Source of the DNA: Alphaproteobacteria bacterium
GTDB lineage: Bacteria; Pseudomonadota; Alphaproteobacteria; UBA6615
NCBI GenBank assembly: GCA_965261975.1
Contig: CBDHEC010000054.1
Location: 1-16,806 of the forward strand
DNA: 16,806 nt
Reading direction: 5' to 3'
The notes under the pieces were generated by a model. The model worked only from the letters and a program-made list of their open reading frames with translations. It made no database searches and was not told the DNA's origin. Positions 14,969-16,806 of the stretch are shown here, piece after piece. The translations under genes were made by a program, and so were the position numbers. Every line of letters starts with the position of its first letter. Within the stretch, counting starts at the first letter, position 1.

Positions 14969-16312
14969 ATGCCCAAGCCCATCCACATCAACCTGTTCAT
15001 CCAGTCCCGCGGCCATCACGAGACGGCGTGGGACCATCCCGGCGCCGACCCGCGCTCCCTGATGGACATCTCCTACTATGTCGATCTCGCCAAGCAGGCC
15101 GAGGCGGCGAAGCTCGATTCCATCTTCTTCGCCGACGTCCTGATGATGACCAACGACGCCATGGAGTCCGGCCGCTTCTGGCCCGACCCGGTCATCATGC
15201 TCGCGGCGATTGCCATGGAGACCGAGCATGTGGGGCTGGTGGCGACGGGGTCGTGTACCTATTCCGAGCCCTACAATCTGGCCCGCCAGTTCGCGTCGAT
15301 CGATCACATCTCCGGCGGCCGGGCGGCGTGGAACATCGTCACCACCTGGGTCGAGGCGGTCGCGGCCAACTACGGGCGCGAGCACACCGCCCACGGCGAC
15401 CGCTACGAGATGGGCGAGGAATATGTCGCCGCGGTGAAGGATCTGTGGGACAGCTGGGCCGACGACGCCCTGGTGGACAATCGCTCGGGCAACGGGCTGT
15501 GCGGCGATACCAGCCGGATCACGCCGATCGACTTCAAGGGCGAGTATTACCAGGTCAAAGGCCCGCTGAACGTGCCCCGCTCGCCGCAGGGGCGTCCTGT
15601 TTTGGTGCAGGCCGGCGCGTCGGACCGGGGGCGCGACTTCGCCGCCCTCCACGCCGAGGCGATCTTCACCGCCCATCTCGAGAAGGAAACCGCCCAGGAA
15701 TTCTATCGGGACATCAAGAAGCGCGCCGCGGGGTTCGGGCGGAACGCCGACCAGGTGGTGGTCCTGCCGGGCCTCAACCCGGTCATCGGCGGCACCGAGG
15801 CCGAGGCGAAGCAGAACCTGATGGACCTCAATGCCCGGATGGACCCGGAGGTGGGCCGCCGCACGCTCTCCCAGCGCTTCTCGAACCACGACTTCGACCA
15901 TCTGGACCTCGACCAGCCCCTGAAGGTCTCGGACTTCCCCGATCCCGAAGGCCTGGAGACCATGAAGAGCCGGGCGGCGCTGATCGTGCGCATCGTCGAG
16001 AAGGAAGGCCTGACGCTTCGGGAATTGCTCGCGCGCTTCGCCGGCGGGCGCGGCCACTACACCACGGCGGGCACGCCCGAGCAGATCGCGGACCTGATCG
16101 CCGACTGGTGCGACCCGGACGCCCCGGGCGGCCCTGCGGCGGACGGCTTCAACTACATGCCGCCGGTGATCCCGGAACTGATGACCCCCTTTATCGACGA
16201 GGTGGTGCCGCTGCTCAAGAAGCGCGGCCTGTTCCGCACGGAATATGAGGGCAGCACGCTTCGCGAAAATCTCGGCCTCGACCGCCCGGCCTCGCGCTTC
16301 TTCCCGGACTAG
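14969..16312 (+). CDS. NtaA/SnaA/DszA family FMNH2-dependent monooxygenase (luciferase-like)
   Basis: Start MPKPIHINLF at 14969; 447 aa. GHHETAW, AEAAKLDSIFFAD, EPYNLARQFASIDHISGGRAAWNIVT, KGPLNVPRSPQGRPVLVQAGASDRGRDFAA, GTPEQIAD, DGFN, FRTEYEGSTLRENLGL. Confidence 0.95.
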   Translation: MPKPIHINLFIQSRGHHETAWDHPGADPRSLMDISYYVDLAKQAEAAKLDSIFFADVLMMTNDAMESGRFWPDPVIMLAAIAMETEHVGLVATGSCTYSEPYNLARQFASIDHISGGRAAWNIVTTWVEAVAANYGREHTAHGDRYEMGEEYVAAVKDLWDSWADDALVDNRSGNGLCGDTSRITPIDFKGEYYQVKGPLNVPRSPQGRPVLVQAGASDRGRDFAALHAEAIFTAHLEKETAQEFYRDIKKRAAGFGRNADQVVVLPGLNPVIGGTEAEAKQNLMDLNARMDPEVGRRTLSQRFSNHDFDHLDLDQPLKVSDFPDPEGLETMKSRAALIVRIVEKEGLTLRELLARFAGGRGHYTTAGTPEQIADLIADWCDPDAPGGPAADGFNYMPPVIPELMTPFIDEVVPLLKKRGLFRTEYEGSTLRENLGLDRPASRFFPD

Positions 16313-16455
16313 CGCCTGATCTTGGTGCCTGTCTGCGTGGCGATATTGCCACCACAGAAGTGAAATTGCCGCCGGTTGTCCCGCGGAAGCCTTGGAGCCT
16401 ACACTCGCGGGCAACGCGCCTGATATTCAGGCCAGATATTCCAGGGACGAGAACA

Positions 16456-16806
16456 ATGAAACTCACAGACAGCAAGCTCTTCCGCCAGCAATGCTATGTC
16501 GACGGCCAGTGGGCCGATGCCGACAGCGGCGAGACCATCGACGTGACCAACCCGGCCAATGGCGAGGTGATCGGCACCATCCCGAAGATGGGCACCGCCG
16601 AGACCCGCCGCGCCATCGAGGCGGCCGAGACCGCCCAGAAGGAATGGAAGACCCGCACCGGCAAGGAGCGCGCCGCGATCCTGCGGACATGGTTCGATCT
16701 GATGATGGAACACCAGGAAGACCTGGCCGTCCTGATGACCACTGAACAGGGCAAGCCCATCGCCGAGAGCCGGGGCGAGATCGCCTATGCCGCCGCCTTC
16801 ATCGAG
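16456..16806 (+). CDS. gabD: NAD(P)-dependent succinate-semialdehyde dehydrogenase (partial, runs off the window)
   Basis: Hand translation from ATG 16456: MKLTDSKLFRQQCYVDGQWADADSGETIDVTNPANGEVIGTIPKMGTAETRRAIEAA..ERAAILRTWFDLMMEHQEDLAVLMTTEQGKPIAESRGEIAYAAAFIE, closely matching the GabD N-terminus. Confidence 0.92.
   Translation, partial: MKLTDSKLFRQQCYVDGQWADADSGETIDVTNPANGEVIGTIPKMGTAETRRAIEAAETAQKEWKTRTGKERAAILRTWFDLMMEHQEDLAVLMTTEQGKPIAESRGEIAYAAAFIE

Noticed and set aside
14948-16414. Long antisense ORFs (also 12137..13276, 3682..4713, 2382..3566, 759..1520, 28..582)
   Set aside because: Shadow frames of well-supported genes, expected from high-GC codon usage; no recognisable motifs.
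1-16806. CRISPR arrays, tRNA/rRNA, transposases, riboswitches
   Set aside because: None recognised; the repeats present are inverted doublets, not regularly spaced direct repeats.

Overview
High-GC (hand-counted coding lines about 65-73% GC), probably alphaproteobacterial chromosomal region of catabolic and accessory metabolic genes. Left to right: a 3'-truncated enoyl-CoA hydratase (-); a REP-like palindrome pair; a minus-strand three-gene cassette (orphan hypothetical protein, DddP-related M24 metallopeptidase-fold enzyme, and a KdsB/CMP-Kdo synthetase homolog lacking its CTP/Mg catalytic motifs); a divergent operon of two overlapping acyl-CoA dehydrogenases, two tandem FAH-family paralogs and a VOC extradiol-type dioxygenase; a minus-strand PRISE/VEP1-type SDR plus M14 cytosolic carboxypeptidase; a small beta-barrel protein; a GntR regulator flanked by two copies of a TGATATATCA-type operator; an AgpS-like FAD oxidoreductase; a low-GC islet with a truncated N4-cytosine methyltransferase; a lipocalin-like protein; a second REP cluster; an NtaA/SnaA-family monooxygenase; and the 5' part of gabD. 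No rRNA, tRNA, CRISPR or transposase was seen. The best candidate for an undescribed system is the hypothetical/M24/pseudo-KdsB cassette. All family calls come from motif recognition against remembered sequences, not database searches.
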